Shown: piece by piece, positions 48,838 through 58,597 of the stretch | Position numbering within the stretch: the first letter of the stretch is position 1 | Layout of the letters: each line of letters begins with the position of its first letter | NCBI GenBank assembly: GCA_964625855.1 | Contig: CAZVFC010000013.1 | Location: 130,671 to 194,670, forward strand | Source of the DNA: an uncultured Verrucomicrobiota bacterium | GTDB taxonomy: Bacteria; Verrucomicrobiota; Verrucomicrobiia; Limisphaerales; UBA8199 | Length of the DNA: 64,000 bases | Direction of reading: 5' to 3' | The notes under the pieces: model-generated | Told to the model about the DNA's origin: nothing | What the model saw: only the letters and a program-made list of their open reading frames with translations | Databases searched by the model: none | Translations under genes and position numbers: made by a program

Positions 48838-48959
48838 TGCCTGTCCCGACTTGGGCAAAACCGGAATCGCATTGCGCTGCCCTGCGACCTGCGGGCGCCC
48901 CGCCAGCTTTTAACCTGCGGCGAGGCGGCCTCACGAAGGGCAGCGGTCTCTTTCCTCTG

Positions 48960-51290
48960 ATGATGATGAGAACACTCCAAATCGGATGCATGGTGTTGGC
49001 CGTCGGCGGCCTTTCCAACCTGCCCCTGGCGGTGGCCGCCCCGGACCCAGCAACGGTGTATGCGTGGTACCGCGGCGATGCGGGCCTGGTGACCGGCAGC
49101 GACAATTACGGTGTGACGAGCTGGACCAACTCCGGTACGGCCCTGGCTACCAATGCGGCCCAGCAGGCGATGCGCGACCTGAATCGGCTGGGAGTCAGCC
49201 CGCAGAAGCTCTACCTCATCCGGAAGGACGGCTCGGCGGCGGCGGCGGCCACCTTCACCGGGACCGATTGCATCTACGCCGGCAAGACGGACTTCGGGAT
49301 TCTATCAAGCAACCGCACCCTCGTGGTGTGCGCGCGGGTCGCCGACGCGATAAACCAGGGTTTTCTCTTCGACGCGAGTTCCTACACTCCCGGCCTGATG
49401 CGAGTGCAGGTGAAGACGGGTTATTGGCACGTGGGCACTTCGGGCGGCACGAATACTGCCTACGGACCGTCGCCCGGCACGCCGACCGCTCCTGTGACCA
49501 CTAACGTCTGGCAGGTTCACACATTCATCGTGCGGACCAACGGGGGCGCGGCCCAATTTGAGCATTACCTCGACGGAGCGCAGGTGGGGAATGTCAACCT
49601 GAAGACCAACGGCGCGCTGAGCGGATTGATACTCGGCGCCAACGTATCGCAGCAATTTGGAATCAAAGCGGACGTCGCGGAATTGCTCGTGTTCAACCAG
49701 GCGCTGGATGCCGCCACCCGCGCAAGCGTGGAGACCTACCTTTCGAACAAGTGGACGGGCGCTGTGCTCGACCCGAACGCGCCGGTCCTGCCTCCCGAAC
49801 GGCTGCCGGTCTTCATTAACGGCCAGAACGGCTACGGCTGCTACCGGATTCCAGCCCTGGTGACGACCACCAACGGCACGGTGATCGCCGTGGCTGATGG
49901 GCGTCTTTCCGGGTGCGGCGATATTCCCAACCCGCTGGACCTGGTTGCGCGACGCAGTTTCGATAACGGGCGCACCTGGGGACCCCTCCAGGTCATCGCC
50001 GCCTACGGCAGCGACACGAGCGCGAATGATGTGGATACCTATCCCTATTACGGCATCACCAACCCCGTGCAGCGGGTCGCCGGGGGGGACGCGGCACTGT
50101 TGCTCGACCGCACCAACGGGCGCGTTTGGACTCTGTACGACAACGGCGCTTACGTGTCCGGCCAGGCCTATAACCGGGTCATCAAGCTCGAAATGCGCTA
50201 CAGCGACGACGATGGCGCAACCTGGTCAGCGGCGCTGGACATCGAAGCGCTGAATCCCGGCCTGCGCCCGACGGGCTCGCAATTCCTGGCCGGCCCGGGC
50301 AACGGCATCCAGTTGGAGAGAGGCCCTCATGCGGGCCGACTCATCTTCCCGGTGTATGTGTCCAATACCCCCAACTACTCGACCCTGATTTACAGTGACG
50401 ACCACGGCCTGACCTGGCATCTGGGCGGCAACGCTGGCGCAGGCGGCGGCGAAGTCCAGATGGCCGAAACGCCGGACGGCGGCCTGATCGCCTCGATGCG
50501 CGACGCCAGCTTCTCCTGGAGCGGCGTGCGCACGTTCAGTCGCAGCACCGACGGCGGCGCGACCTGGGGCGCGCCTTTCACCAATACGACGAATCCACCG
50601 ACCCTTCCCGACCCGGCTTGCCAGGGAAACATTTACCGCCTGACCAGCACCAACGACAGCAACGCCAGCCGGCTGATCCATGCCAACGCCGCCAGCGCCT
50701 CGTCCCGTGTGAATATGACCCTGCGCATCAGCTACGACGAAGGTGCGACCTGGCCCGTGAGCAACCAGGTCTATTCCGGCAGTTCCGCCTATTCGGCGTT
50801 GACCCGGTTGGCTACCACCGAGGTCGGGCTGCTCTTCGAGGCGAACAACTATACCCGAATTGACTTCGTACGCCGCTCGGTGAGCCAAATCAGCGGCGGC
50901 AGCGATTCACTGCCGCCCTACACCGTCTGGGCAGCGGAGCGATTCTCGCCCGCCCAGTTGATGAATCCTGCCATCTCGGGTCCGGACGCCGATCCTGATC
51001 ACGACAGGGCCAGCAACAACCAGGAATGCATTGCGGGCACAGATCCGCTGTCGGCGGGCAGCGCCCTCAAGTTGAAGGTGCTTCCCGCCGGCACGAACAC
51101 GCCCCTGCTTCAGTTCAACGCGGTGTCGAACAAGACCTACACTGTTCAACATCGAACCAGCCTGATCTCCGGCGCGTGGGCCCGCTACGTTGACGTTCCC
51201 GCACCGCCATCCAACACGCTTGTCCAGCTTGCCCTGGTGGCGACCAATGGCTGCGACTTCTTCCGGCTCACCACCCCGCACCTGCCTTGA
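48960..51290 (+). CDS. Exo-alpha-sialidase (GH33) with N-terminal LamG-like domain
   Basis: YRIP motif and five Asp boxes (SFDNGRTW, SDDDGATW, SDDHGLTW, STDGGATW, SYDEGATW). Start may be 48837. Confidence 0.9.
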   Translation: MMMRTLQIGCMVLAVGGLSNLPLAVAAPDPATVYAWYRGDAGLVTGSDNYGVTSWTNSGTALATNAAQQAMRDLNRLGVSPQKLYLIRKDGSAAAAATFTGTDCIYAGKTDFGILSSNRTLVVCARVADAINQGFLFDASSYTPGLMRVQVKTGYWHVGTSGGTNTAYGPSPGTPTAPVTTNVWQVHTFIVRTNGGAAQFEHYLDGAQVGNVNLKTNGALSGLILGANVSQQFGIKADVAELLVFNQALDAATRASVETYLSNKWTGAVLDPNAPVLPPERLPVFINGQNGYGCYRIPALVTTTNGTVIAVADGRLSGCGDIPNPLDLVARRSFDNGRTWGPLQVIAAYGSDTSANDVDTYPYYGITNPVQRVAGGDAALLLDRTNGRVWTLYDNGAYVSGQAYNRVIKLEMRYSDDDGATWSAALDIEALNPGLRPTGSQFLAGPGNGIQLERGPHAGRLIFPVYVSNTPNYSTLIYSDDHGLTWHLGGNAGAGGGEVQMAETPDGGLIASMRDASFSWSGVRTFSRSTDGGATWGAPFTNTTNPPTLPDPACQGNIYRLTSTNDSNASRLIHANAASASSRVNMTLRISYDEGATWPVSNQVYSGSSAYSALTRLATTEVGLLFEANNYTRIDFVRRSVSQISGGSDSLPPYTVWAAERFSPAQLMNPAISGPDADPDHDRASNNQECIAGTDPLSAGSALKLKVLPAGTNTPLLQFNAVSNKTYTVQHRTSLISGAWARYVDVPAPPSNTLVQLALVATNGCDFFRLTTPHLP

Positions 51291-51431
51291 AATGACCACG
51301 GGCACGACCGTGGTAACCTGAGTGGGTTGGACCGTAACGCGGCACAGTCAACACGGCGCCATCGGCGGTGGTCCGAGCTACGCCCGTGCGGCGCTTGCCC
51401 TTTTCGCCCCGGGCGGTTAGGTTCTCAACGC

Positions 51432-51629
51432 ATGAGCACAAAGGCACAGGCGGTCTTGGAAGGTTTCAAAAGCCTGCCGCGTGACGAGCAATACGTCGTG
51501 TATGAGACCATCGCTCGCACGGTGGTTCCCGGAGATTACGGCCCGTTGTCGGACGATGAGCTGACGGACATTGCCGCCCAAACCTTTTCCTTGCTGGACG
51601 AGGAGGAGTCTCGTGCCCAGTCGGGGTGA
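51432..51629 (+). CDS. Small putative antitoxin
   Basis: 65 aa with an acidic C-terminus. Its 3' end overlaps the start of a mazF-like gene. Confidence 0.6.
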   Translation: MSTKAQAVLEGFKSLPRDEQYVVYETIARTVVPGDYGPLSDDELTDIAAQTFSLLDEEESRAQSG

Positions 51630-51694
51630 AGTCTGGTTGGTGGGCCTGGGCAGCACACCCTTGACTGCTCTCAAAGTACCCTTACCTTGCTCAG

Positions 51695-51949
51695 ATGAAC
51701 GCAGTTTTGACTGACGACGGCAAAATCGTGCTGCCGCCGGAGTTGCGCAAGAACGCTCAACTCCAGCCCGGCGACACTCTGGACGTGCAGTTTTACAAAG
51801 GCTCCATCGTCCTGCGCAAGCACCAGCCTCTCACGCCAGAACAATGCGCCGCCCTCCTGGAGCGCAGCCGTTCTCAGCCCAAGCCCGCACCGGACGATGA
51901 CGCTGCTGTTGAACAAGTTGTTCGGGCAGTGCGCGCCCAGCGGCGATGA
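51695..51949 (+). CDS. AbrB/MazE/SpoVT-family antitoxin
   Basis: GKIVLP.ELR....L.PGD.L motif. Confidence 0.85.
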   Translation: MNAVLTDDGKIVLPPELRKNAQLQPGDTLDVQFYKGSIVLRKHQPLTPEQCAALLERSRSQPKPAPDDDAAVEQVVRAVRAQRR

Positions 51950-52365
51950 TTGTCGTTCTGGATACCAACATCGTCGCCAGCGCGACGTACTGGCGCGGGA
52001 AGCCTGCCCACTGTCTCGAAGCGTGGGTGCTCGGGAAATACGACCTCGCCATCAGCCACCCGATCCTTACGGAATACGAAGAAGTCATTGCCCGCCTCGC
52101 CGCCCGTTACCCGGCGAAGCAGCCCACGGACTGGCTCAGCGCTATCCAGCGGGCCGGTCATCTGTATGTTCCCGCTCCTCGGCCAGCCTCCACCGCCGAC
52201 CCGGATGATGAAATGTTCATCGAATGCGCCGCGCAAGCACAGGCCGATTGTCTGGTGACTGGCGATAAAGGCCATTTGCTTGCGCTCAAACAAGCGGCCG
52301 GCATTCCGATTGTCGCGGTCTCCGACTTCCTGCCCTTGATCGGTGTGCCGGAGAATCCGACTTGA
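51946..52365 (+). CDS. PIN-domain (VapC-like) toxin
   Basis: VVLDTNIV, EYEEV, DPDDE.F.ECA, LVTGD..HLL. ATGA overlap with the antitoxin. Confidence 0.9.
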   Translation: MIVVLDTNIVASATYWRGKPAHCLEAWVLGKYDLAISHPILTEYEEVIARLAARYPAKQPTDWLSAIQRAGHLYVPAPRPASTADPDDEMFIECAAQAQADCLVTGDKGHLLALKQAAGIPIVAVSDFLPLIGVPENPT

Positions 52366-52579
52366 AGTCTGGCTGGTGGACTTGGGCATGGTCCAGAAGG
52401 CCCGTCCCGCCCTGATCCTCAACCGAGCGTTCGAAGGATCAGCGCGGCGCCACTCCCCTGCCCGGAAAGCCAGCGCGGACTCACGTCCGGGGCTGCCCTT
52501 CAGATTACTGCCCCACGGTTACAATGAGGGGGGCGGGTGGCGGGTCTGCACATTGCAGGCCGGCTGCAAGACATCCACG

Positions 52580-53111
52580 TTAAGGACTCAATGCTCGGTA
52601 GAAGCGGTTCGTCGGCCCAGGGGCGGACGAGTCGGTGATCGTTATCGGCCCGGTATAGGTGAAGTTCGTCAAGTCGGTCCAGTTGGATGTTCGATGTTGG
52701 GTGTTGGATGTTGGATGTTCGGTCTCCTGCATCCCGCCTTCCCACCGCACTAGCCACCACGCGGAACCATTCGCCTTTTGAGGCATCGGTGGTTGAGGTG
52801 AGCCAGAGCCCCTCGGGAGTCGCCTGCCCCTCGAGCTTCTGGAACACGCACCGCAACCGTGCGCCCTCTGGCGTGGCGGCCATAGACAACCCATCGCCCT
52901 GGTATTGCTTGCCGGCGACCGCCCCAATCTGGCCCATTGGAATCGGCTCGGACTTCGCCGGCGCGCCGCCGGGAGCCGGCCTGGCGGCGCTGGGCGTGAA
53001 AGCGGCAAGAAAGATCGGCAGCGCCAGGAGCGCCGCCATTCCGGCCGGCTTTGCGTTTCCTTCGTGCCCGCACGGACAGGAATTCAACTGCTGCTGAGGT
53101 TCTGTGTTCAT
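52580..53111 (-). pseudogene. Collapsed gene for a large secreted protein: N-terminus and C-terminal F[YF]R domain joined out of frame
   Basis: Signal peptide plus GQIGAVAGKQYQGDG...GLWLTST in one frame; WTDLTNF...NRFYRALSP* in another; a heptamer array lies between them. Confidence 0.6.
52686..52720 (+). repeat. Heptamer array GATGTT(G/C) x5
   Basis: GATGTTC GATGTTG GGTGTTG GATGTTG GATGTTC. Confidence 0.85.
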
Positions 53112-53459
53112 AATAGATGATGAGGTTTTAGGTGCTCCTGTGGCGAAGGGGCTGGGCCAAGGGTGTTTTCCTGCTTCCGGAAGGGTGCTGCCGTTCCGCT
53201 GCCGACACCGTCATTCGCATTCCACTGCACAATGGCCTTCCCATTACAACCGTTGCCTACGCGCATGATTCCCCGCCCCGCAACGCCTGCCCGTCGCAAC
53301 GGTGCGCTCCGGGCGCCAAGGCCGTCGCAGTGCGTCGGAAAGATGCTAAGACTCCGCCTGCGGGAGATAGCCCGCCCACTGAAATCCTGCGTCGATTAGA
53401 ACCGATGCAGGCGCTAAGCTCAAGAACTGTTTCGGCGGTCAGATTTCAACCTCCGCTCG

Positions 53460-54482
53460 TTAGCGCATTCCGCGCGCGCCGAGCCATTTCACGCACAGAT
53501 CGGGGAAGTCGGTGAAAAAGCCGTCCAGCTTCGCCTGAAGGAACAGGAGCTCGAGCACGTCGTCCATCGAGTCGGCGAACTTCGGCAGATCGTCGGCGCG
53601 CAGTGTATAGGGGTGCACGGTGAGCTTTGCCGCATGGGCGTTCTTGACGAAGTCGGTGACCTTGCGGTTGGCCTTTGAGGTGCCAGACACGATCGCACTG
53701 AGCTCCGGGCCGGTGCCGTCGGCGAACTGCGCCAGTTCCGCCATGCCCGCAGGCGTGAACCAGGCTTCCCCACTGCTGCCATCCGGATTCTTCCGGTTCG
53801 CTTGCAACAGCAGCAGGAGGTGTCCCTCCCAGCCCAATTCGGTCCGGATGCGTTTCACTTCGTCGGCCTCGAAGCACTGCACCCAGCACGGGTCCTGTTT
53901 GGTGGCGTAACCATAGCGCCGGAGGATCGGCAGCACGATGCGGCTGATGTCGTGGCCTTCTTTGCGGTGCCAGGCGGGCTGCTTGATCTCGGGATAGATC
54001 CCCGCGACGCGACCGCAGGTTTTGTTCAGTCCCTGAATAAGCTGCAACTCCTCTTCCAGCGTCGGTATCTGGAAGGACGACTTGCCCGGCGGGAAACGGT
54101 TCGGGTAATAGGCGCGGCCGGTCTTCAGGTTGATGCGCTCGTTGGCACGGAGCTGTTTGATCTCCGCGAGGGTGAAGTCCAGCGCGTAGTAACGCCCGTT
54201 GGCCCGCTTGCGGTCGGGAAAGCGTTGGGCCACGTCGCTGATCGTGTCCAACTGGATGTCGTGCATTACGATGGGCACGTCGTCCTTGGTAAGCACGACA
54301 TCCTGCTCCAGGAAATCCGCTCCCATCGCGTGGGCCAGCACTTTGGCTTCCAGGGTGTGCTCGGGCAGATAGCCGCTGGCACCGCGATGCGCAATGACGG
54401 CTGGCTTCGAGGGTTGGGCGGCTATGGGCAGGGTCAGAGCGCACAGGAGGACAGCAAGTAAGGTCTTCATCATTCTCATCAT
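53460..54482 (-). CDS. glpQ: Periplasmic glycerophosphodiester phosphodiesterase
   Basis: IAHRGASGYLPEHTL, EQDVVLTKD, HD, YPEIK.P, QCFE, VHPYT.R, DGFFTDFPD. Start within 54470-54482. Confidence 0.92.
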   Translation of the reverse strand: MMRMMKTLLAVLLCALTLPIAAQPSKPAVIAHRGASGYLPEHTLEAKVLAHAMGADFLEQDVVLTKDDVPIVMHDIQLDTISDVAQRFPDRKRANGRYYALDFTLAEIKQLRANERINLKTGRAYYPNRFPPGKSSFQIPTLEEELQLIQGLNKTCGRVAGIYPEIKQPAWHRKEGHDISRIVLPILRRYGYATKQDPCWVQCFEADEVKRIRTELGWEGHLLLLLQANRKNPDGSSGEAWFTPAGMAELAQFADGTGPELSAIVSGTSKANRKVTDFVKNAHAAKLTVHPYTLRADDLPKFADSMDDVLELLFLQAKLDGFFTDFPDLCVKWLGARGMR

Positions 54483-54592
54483 TACTGCGCCATAAAGCAG
54501 CCGAGGCGAGGCCTTCGTCAAGTCCGAAGCTCGGACGGCACGACTTCCGTGAATCTGCCTGACAGCCAGTGAAGCGGCCTGTAGCATGGCGT

Positions 54593-55888
54593 ATGACTAT
54601 GAAGTTCGTCTCAACACGAGTATCCGCACTGGTTGTGGCCATGGCTTGCAGTTGTGTTGGCCAAACCTCGGCGCCGCGCTCTTTTCCGGAAGCGGCCAGC
54701 TTGCCCGCGCAAGCGGCACTGCCCGACCCGCTGATCAAGATGGATGGGAAGAGGGTCGAATCACGGCAGGAGTGGTTCGAACAGCGCCGGCCGGAATTGA
54801 AGGAGCTGTTTACCCATTACATGTACGGCCCCATCCCGTCGAAGCCGGCGCGGATGAAACCCACCGTCAACGGTGAGTACCGCGACTTCCTCGGCGGCAA
54901 AGCGACGCTGCGGCTGGTGACGCTGGACACCGCGCCGAATGAGACGAAGGCTCCCCGAATTGATCTCATGGTCATCCTGCCCAACGAGCGTTCGGGGCCT
55001 GCGCCTGCATTTCTGGCCATCAACTTCTGCGGCAACCAGGCGCTGACCTCCGATCCACGAATACCGCTCCTGCGCGGCTGGCTGCGGAATTCCTGCCGCG
55101 GATGCACGAACGGCTTCGCGACCGAGGCCTCGCGCGGCACCCAAAGCGCGGATTGGCCGCTGGCGGAGATCGTCGGTCGCGGCTATGCGCTGGCGACGTT
55201 CTGCAACGCGGACGTGGATGCCGACCGCGCGGATGTCAGCCCGGGCTTGTATGCCTGGCTGGCCGGGAACGATCCCGGCCGAAACAATTCCACCAACCGG
55301 GGCACCATTGCCGCCTGGGCCTGGGGTTTCCATCGCTGCGTGGATTACCTGGTCACGGACCGTGAGATTGACGCGAAGCGCATCGCGACGCTGGGGCATT
55401 CGCGCAATGGCAAGACGGCACTGCTCGCGGCAGCCTTTGACGAACGCATCGCGATGGCCTTTCCCCACCAGGCCGGGTGCGGCGGCTCCGCGCCCAGCCG
55501 GGGCAAGACGGGCGAATCCGTCAAGGCAATTAACGACAGGTTCCCGCACTGGTTCAATGCCGAGTTCAAGAAATTCAACCGGGTGCCTGAACGCCTGCCG
55601 TTTGACCAAAACGCCCTGGTGGCGTTGTGCGCTCCGCGACCGGTTCTTTTCTCCGCGGCGGAAGGAGACCAATGGGCGAATCCCGCCGGCCAGTTCGAGG
55701 TGCTGAAGGCGGCGGACCCGGTTTACCGGTTTCTGGGCTCGGCCGGTCTGGAGGTGAAGGAAATGCCGCCTCTGGGCAAGCTGATCACCTCGCCCCTGGG
55801 CTACTACATTCGCGAGGGCAAGCACTCCATGACGGCAGCCGATTGGCGCGTGTTCATGGACTTTGCCGATCGCCATATTAAGAAGTAA
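54593..55888 (+). CDS. CE15-family (glucuronoyl esterase-like) carbohydrate esterase
   Basis: WAWG..R.VDYL, GHSRNGK, SGCGG-like QAGCGG, HWF, LPFDQ..L.AL.APRP, D.WA.P.G, GKH. Confidence 0.85.
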   Translation: MTMKFVSTRVSALVVAMACSCVGQTSAPRSFPEAASLPAQAALPDPLIKMDGKRVESRQEWFEQRRPELKELFTHYMYGPIPSKPARMKPTVNGEYRDFLGGKATLRLVTLDTAPNETKAPRIDLMVILPNERSGPAPAFLAINFCGNQALTSDPRIPLLRGWLRNSCRGCTNGFATEASRGTQSADWPLAEIVGRGYALATFCNADVDADRADVSPGLYAWLAGNDPGRNNSTNRGTIAAWAWGFHRCVDYLVTDREIDAKRIATLGHSRNGKTALLAAAFDERIAMAFPHQAGCGGSAPSRGKTGESVKAINDRFPHWFNAEFKKFNRVPERLPFDQNALVALCAPRPVLFSAAEGDQWANPAGQFEVLKAADPVYRFLGSAGLEVKEMPPLGKLITSPLGYYIREGKHSMTAADWRVFMDFADRHIKK

Positions 55889-55919
55889 CCGTGATTCAGC
55901 TCAGATCGTCTGTACTCAA

Positions 55920-55988
55920 GCAGCCGCCAACGGAAATCGGCGCTCTTTTCGCTGCAGGCAGAATGCGCCGACTGACGTCGGCGGCTAC
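55920..55988. repeat. Inverted REP doublet (GTAG type)
   Basis: GCAGCCGCCAACGGAAATCGGCGC, with GTAGCCGCCGACGTCAGTCGGCGCA on the opposite strand. Confidence 0.7.
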
Positions 55989-56050
55989 ACCTTTTCGGGA
56001 TGCCGTGCGGATTGGGAAGTATCCGCGTTACGTTTGACCGTGAGAAATTA

Positions 56051-58582
56051 ATGATGATTACCGTACTATACCGAGCGCGGCGCCAGGCCGCAGTTGTGGC
56101 CGCAATGGCGCTGCTGAGCGTGCTCTCCGCAGGCGCCCAGCAGGCCAATCCCGTGCGCAGACCCAGTGATGACGTCAAGGACGCCCGCGTGCGCGAGGTG
56201 GCGGGGCTTCTGCCCAACGAGAACCTGCTCTTCAACGGCTGGGGTGTCACCCCCGCCGGCGAGCACGTGCGGATCAGTGATCTGCCCCTCAAGCTGGTGG
56301 TGTCGCCGGACAAGAAGATGCTGCTGGCAGCCAGCGCGGGTTACAACGACACCGGCTTGAGCCTGGTGGATGTCACGTCGCGGAAAGTTGCCCAGTTTCT
56401 GCCGCTCAAGAAGATTTGGAACGGCCTGGCCTTCAGCCTGGATGGCCGTCGCATTTTCGTGTCCGGCGGTGACTCCGGCCAGATCCATGTGTTCAATTAC
56501 GCCGACGGCAAGGCCACCCCCGCGGCCGCCGTCAAACCGGAGCCGAAGGCGGGAACGGTGTTCCTGGCGGGAATCGCGGTGCATCCTGAGACCGGCAAGG
56601 TCTATGTATGCAACGAAGCCAATGATGAGGTCTGGGTGCTGAATGCGCAGACTCTCGTGCTGGAAACCGTAGTCGGCGTAGGAGAGTTTCCCCATTCGTG
56701 CATCTTCGGGGCGGACAAGCAGCACCTTTACGTAAGCAACTGGGGCAGCCGGAACGTGACCGTGGTAGATACGCAGCAGAATCGGCGCGTGCGCAACATC
56801 ACGGTTGGCATCCGGCCTAATGACCTGGCCCTAGCGCCGGACGGGCGCCTGTTCGTGGCGTGCAGCGGCGACAATACCGTGCATGTCATCGAGACCCAGG
56901 CTGTCGAGAAGCCGGCCCTCGAAGCCAACCTGAAACGGCGCCCGCCGGAGGGCGCGCGGGAGATCATCTCCACCTCGCTCTATCCCGGGGCGCCCGAGGG
57001 CAGCACACCGTGCAGCGTGGCAGTGGCGCCGGACGGCAAGACGCTCTTCGTGGCCAACGCGGATAACAACAGCGTCATGGTGGTGGATATTTCGAACGCG
57101 CTGTCCGAGGGCGCCCGGCGCAACCGCGAATCGGTCTCCGTGGTGGACGGGTTCATACCGGTCGGGTGGTATCCAAGCGCGGTGTGCGTCAGCCCGGACA
57201 ACCAAACCCTGTTTGTCGCCAACGGCAAGGGCTTGGCTTCGCAGGCGAACCATCCCCGCCGGGGCCAGACGCGGTCCAGGAAGGGCAATCCGCGTGCATT
57301 TGATCACATCGCGAGCTTGTTCGAAGGTTCGGTGTCGTTCATCAGCCGGCCCGATGCGGCGCAGATGGCCGCCTACACCGAGCAGGTCCGGCGTAACTCA
57401 CCCTATACGCCCGAAGCGCTGCGCCGCGCGCCCATCCCCAGCGGCAGCGTCATTCCCAGGCAGGTGGGCGAGCCATGCCCCATCAAGTACGTGCTCTATA
57501 TCATCAAGGAAAACCGGACCTACGACCAGGTGATGGGCGACATGAAAGACGCCCACGGCAAGCCCATCGGCAACGGCGACCCGGCGTTGACCATTTACGG
57601 TGAGAGGGTGACACCCAACCAGCATCAACTGGCGCGGGATTACGTGCTGCTCGACAACCTTTATTGCAATGGCGAGGTCAGCGCCGACGGCCATAGCTGG
57701 TGCGACGCGGCCATCGCGACCGATTTCAGGCAACGCTCCTGGATAATGTCCTACTCCGGCCACGGGCGTTTGCCCGGCAACACGGAGATGGAGACACCCT
57801 CGGCCGGCTATCTGTGGGACCTGTGCCGTCGGCACGGCGTGAGCTTCAAGTGCTACGGCGAAGGCGCGCGGCTGGTGCCCTCAGCCAACCGCGGCCGTTG
57901 GCCAGGCGGGCGCGATATGGATCGAGTGAAGGGCTGGATCGAGGACCTTCACCAGGCCGAGAAGACCGGCACGCTGCCGCAATTCATGATCATGTCGCTC
58001 GGCGAGAACCACACCCGCGGCACCACCCCCGGCGCCTTTACGCCTGAAGCTTGCGTCGCCAGCAACGATATCGGCCTCGCCCGAATAGTCGAAGCGGCCT
58101 CGCGGAGCAAGTTCTGGAACCAAATGGCGATCTTCGTCATCGAGGACGATGCCCAAAACGGCCCGGACCACGTGGACGCACATCGAACGGTGGGTTTGGT
58201 GATCAGTCCCTATTGCCGGCGAGGTTTCGTGGACAGCACCCTGTACACGACAGCCAGCATGATACGCACGATGGAGCTGATTCTGGGGCTGCCGCCGCTG
58301 ACGCAATACGACGCCGGCGCGACTCCAATGCACAACTGCTTCACGAACGTTGCTTTGGCTACGCCGTTCAAGCCGCTCACGCCCGGGGTGAATCTGCAAG
58401 CCAAGAACACCCGCAGATCGCCCGGCGCCAAGGAATCCTCCCGGATGGACTTCCGCGATTACGACCGGGCGCCCGAAGACGCCCTGAACCGCATCCTGTG
58501 GGCGGAAGCCAAAGGCGCCGACGCCCCCTATCCCACGCCGATCCACAGAGCCATCTTCACCCAGCCGGTTGCCTCGCCCTGA
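56051..58582 (+). CDS. YncE-type beta-propeller / alkaline-phosphatase-superfamily phosphoesterase fusion
   Basis: Repeated SPD.K.L.V.N blades, IP.GWYP, YIIKENRTYDQ, S.DGH.W, EDD.QNG.DHVD.HR. Confidence 0.85.
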   Translation: MMITVLYRARRQAAVVAAMALLSVLSAGAQQANPVRRPSDDVKDARVREVAGLLPNENLLFNGWGVTPAGEHVRISDLPLKLVVSPDKKMLLAASAGYNDTGLSLVDVTSRKVAQFLPLKKIWNGLAFSLDGRRIFVSGGDSGQIHVFNYADGKATPAAAVKPEPKAGTVFLAGIAVHPETGKVYVCNEANDEVWVLNAQTLVLETVVGVGEFPHSCIFGADKQHLYVSNWGSRNVTVVDTQQNRRVRNITVGIRPNDLALAPDGRLFVACSGDNTVHVIETQAVEKPALEANLKRRPPEGAREIISTSLYPGAPEGSTPCSVAVAPDGKTLFVANADNNSVMVVDISNALSEGARRNRESVSVVDGFIPVGWYPSAVCVSPDNQTLFVANGKGLASQANHPRRGQTRSRKGNPRAFDHIASLFEGSVSFISRPDAAQMAAYTEQVRRNSPYTPEALRRAPIPSGSVIPRQVGEPCPIKYVLYIIKENRTYDQVMGDMKDAHGKPIGNGDPALTIYGERVTPNQHQLARDYVLLDNLYCNGEVSADGHSWCDAAIATDFRQRSWIMSYSGHGRLPGNTEMETPSAGYLWDLCRRHGVSFKCYGEGARLVPSANRGRWPGGRDMDRVKGWIEDLHQAEKTGTLPQFMIMSLGENHTRGTTPGAFTPEACVASNDIGLARIVEAASRSKFWNQMAIFVIEDDAQNGPDHVDAHRTVGLVISPYCRRGFVDSTLYTTASMIRTMELILGLPPLTQYDAGATPMHNCFTNVALATPFKPLTPGVNLQAKNTRRSPGAKESSRMDFRDYDRAPEDALNRILWAEAKGADAPYPTPIHRAIFTQPVASP

Positions 58583-58597
58583 ACGAATGCGGGGCCC

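Larger units (their letters stand above)
51613..52440 (+). pseudogene. Interrupted MazF/PemK toxin gene (pieces at 51613-51652 and 52363-~52440)
   Basis: AGGAGG then GTG-PSRGEVWLVGLG on the left; EVWLVDLGMVQKARPALIL resumes after the PIN gene and then degenerates. Confidence 0.7.
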
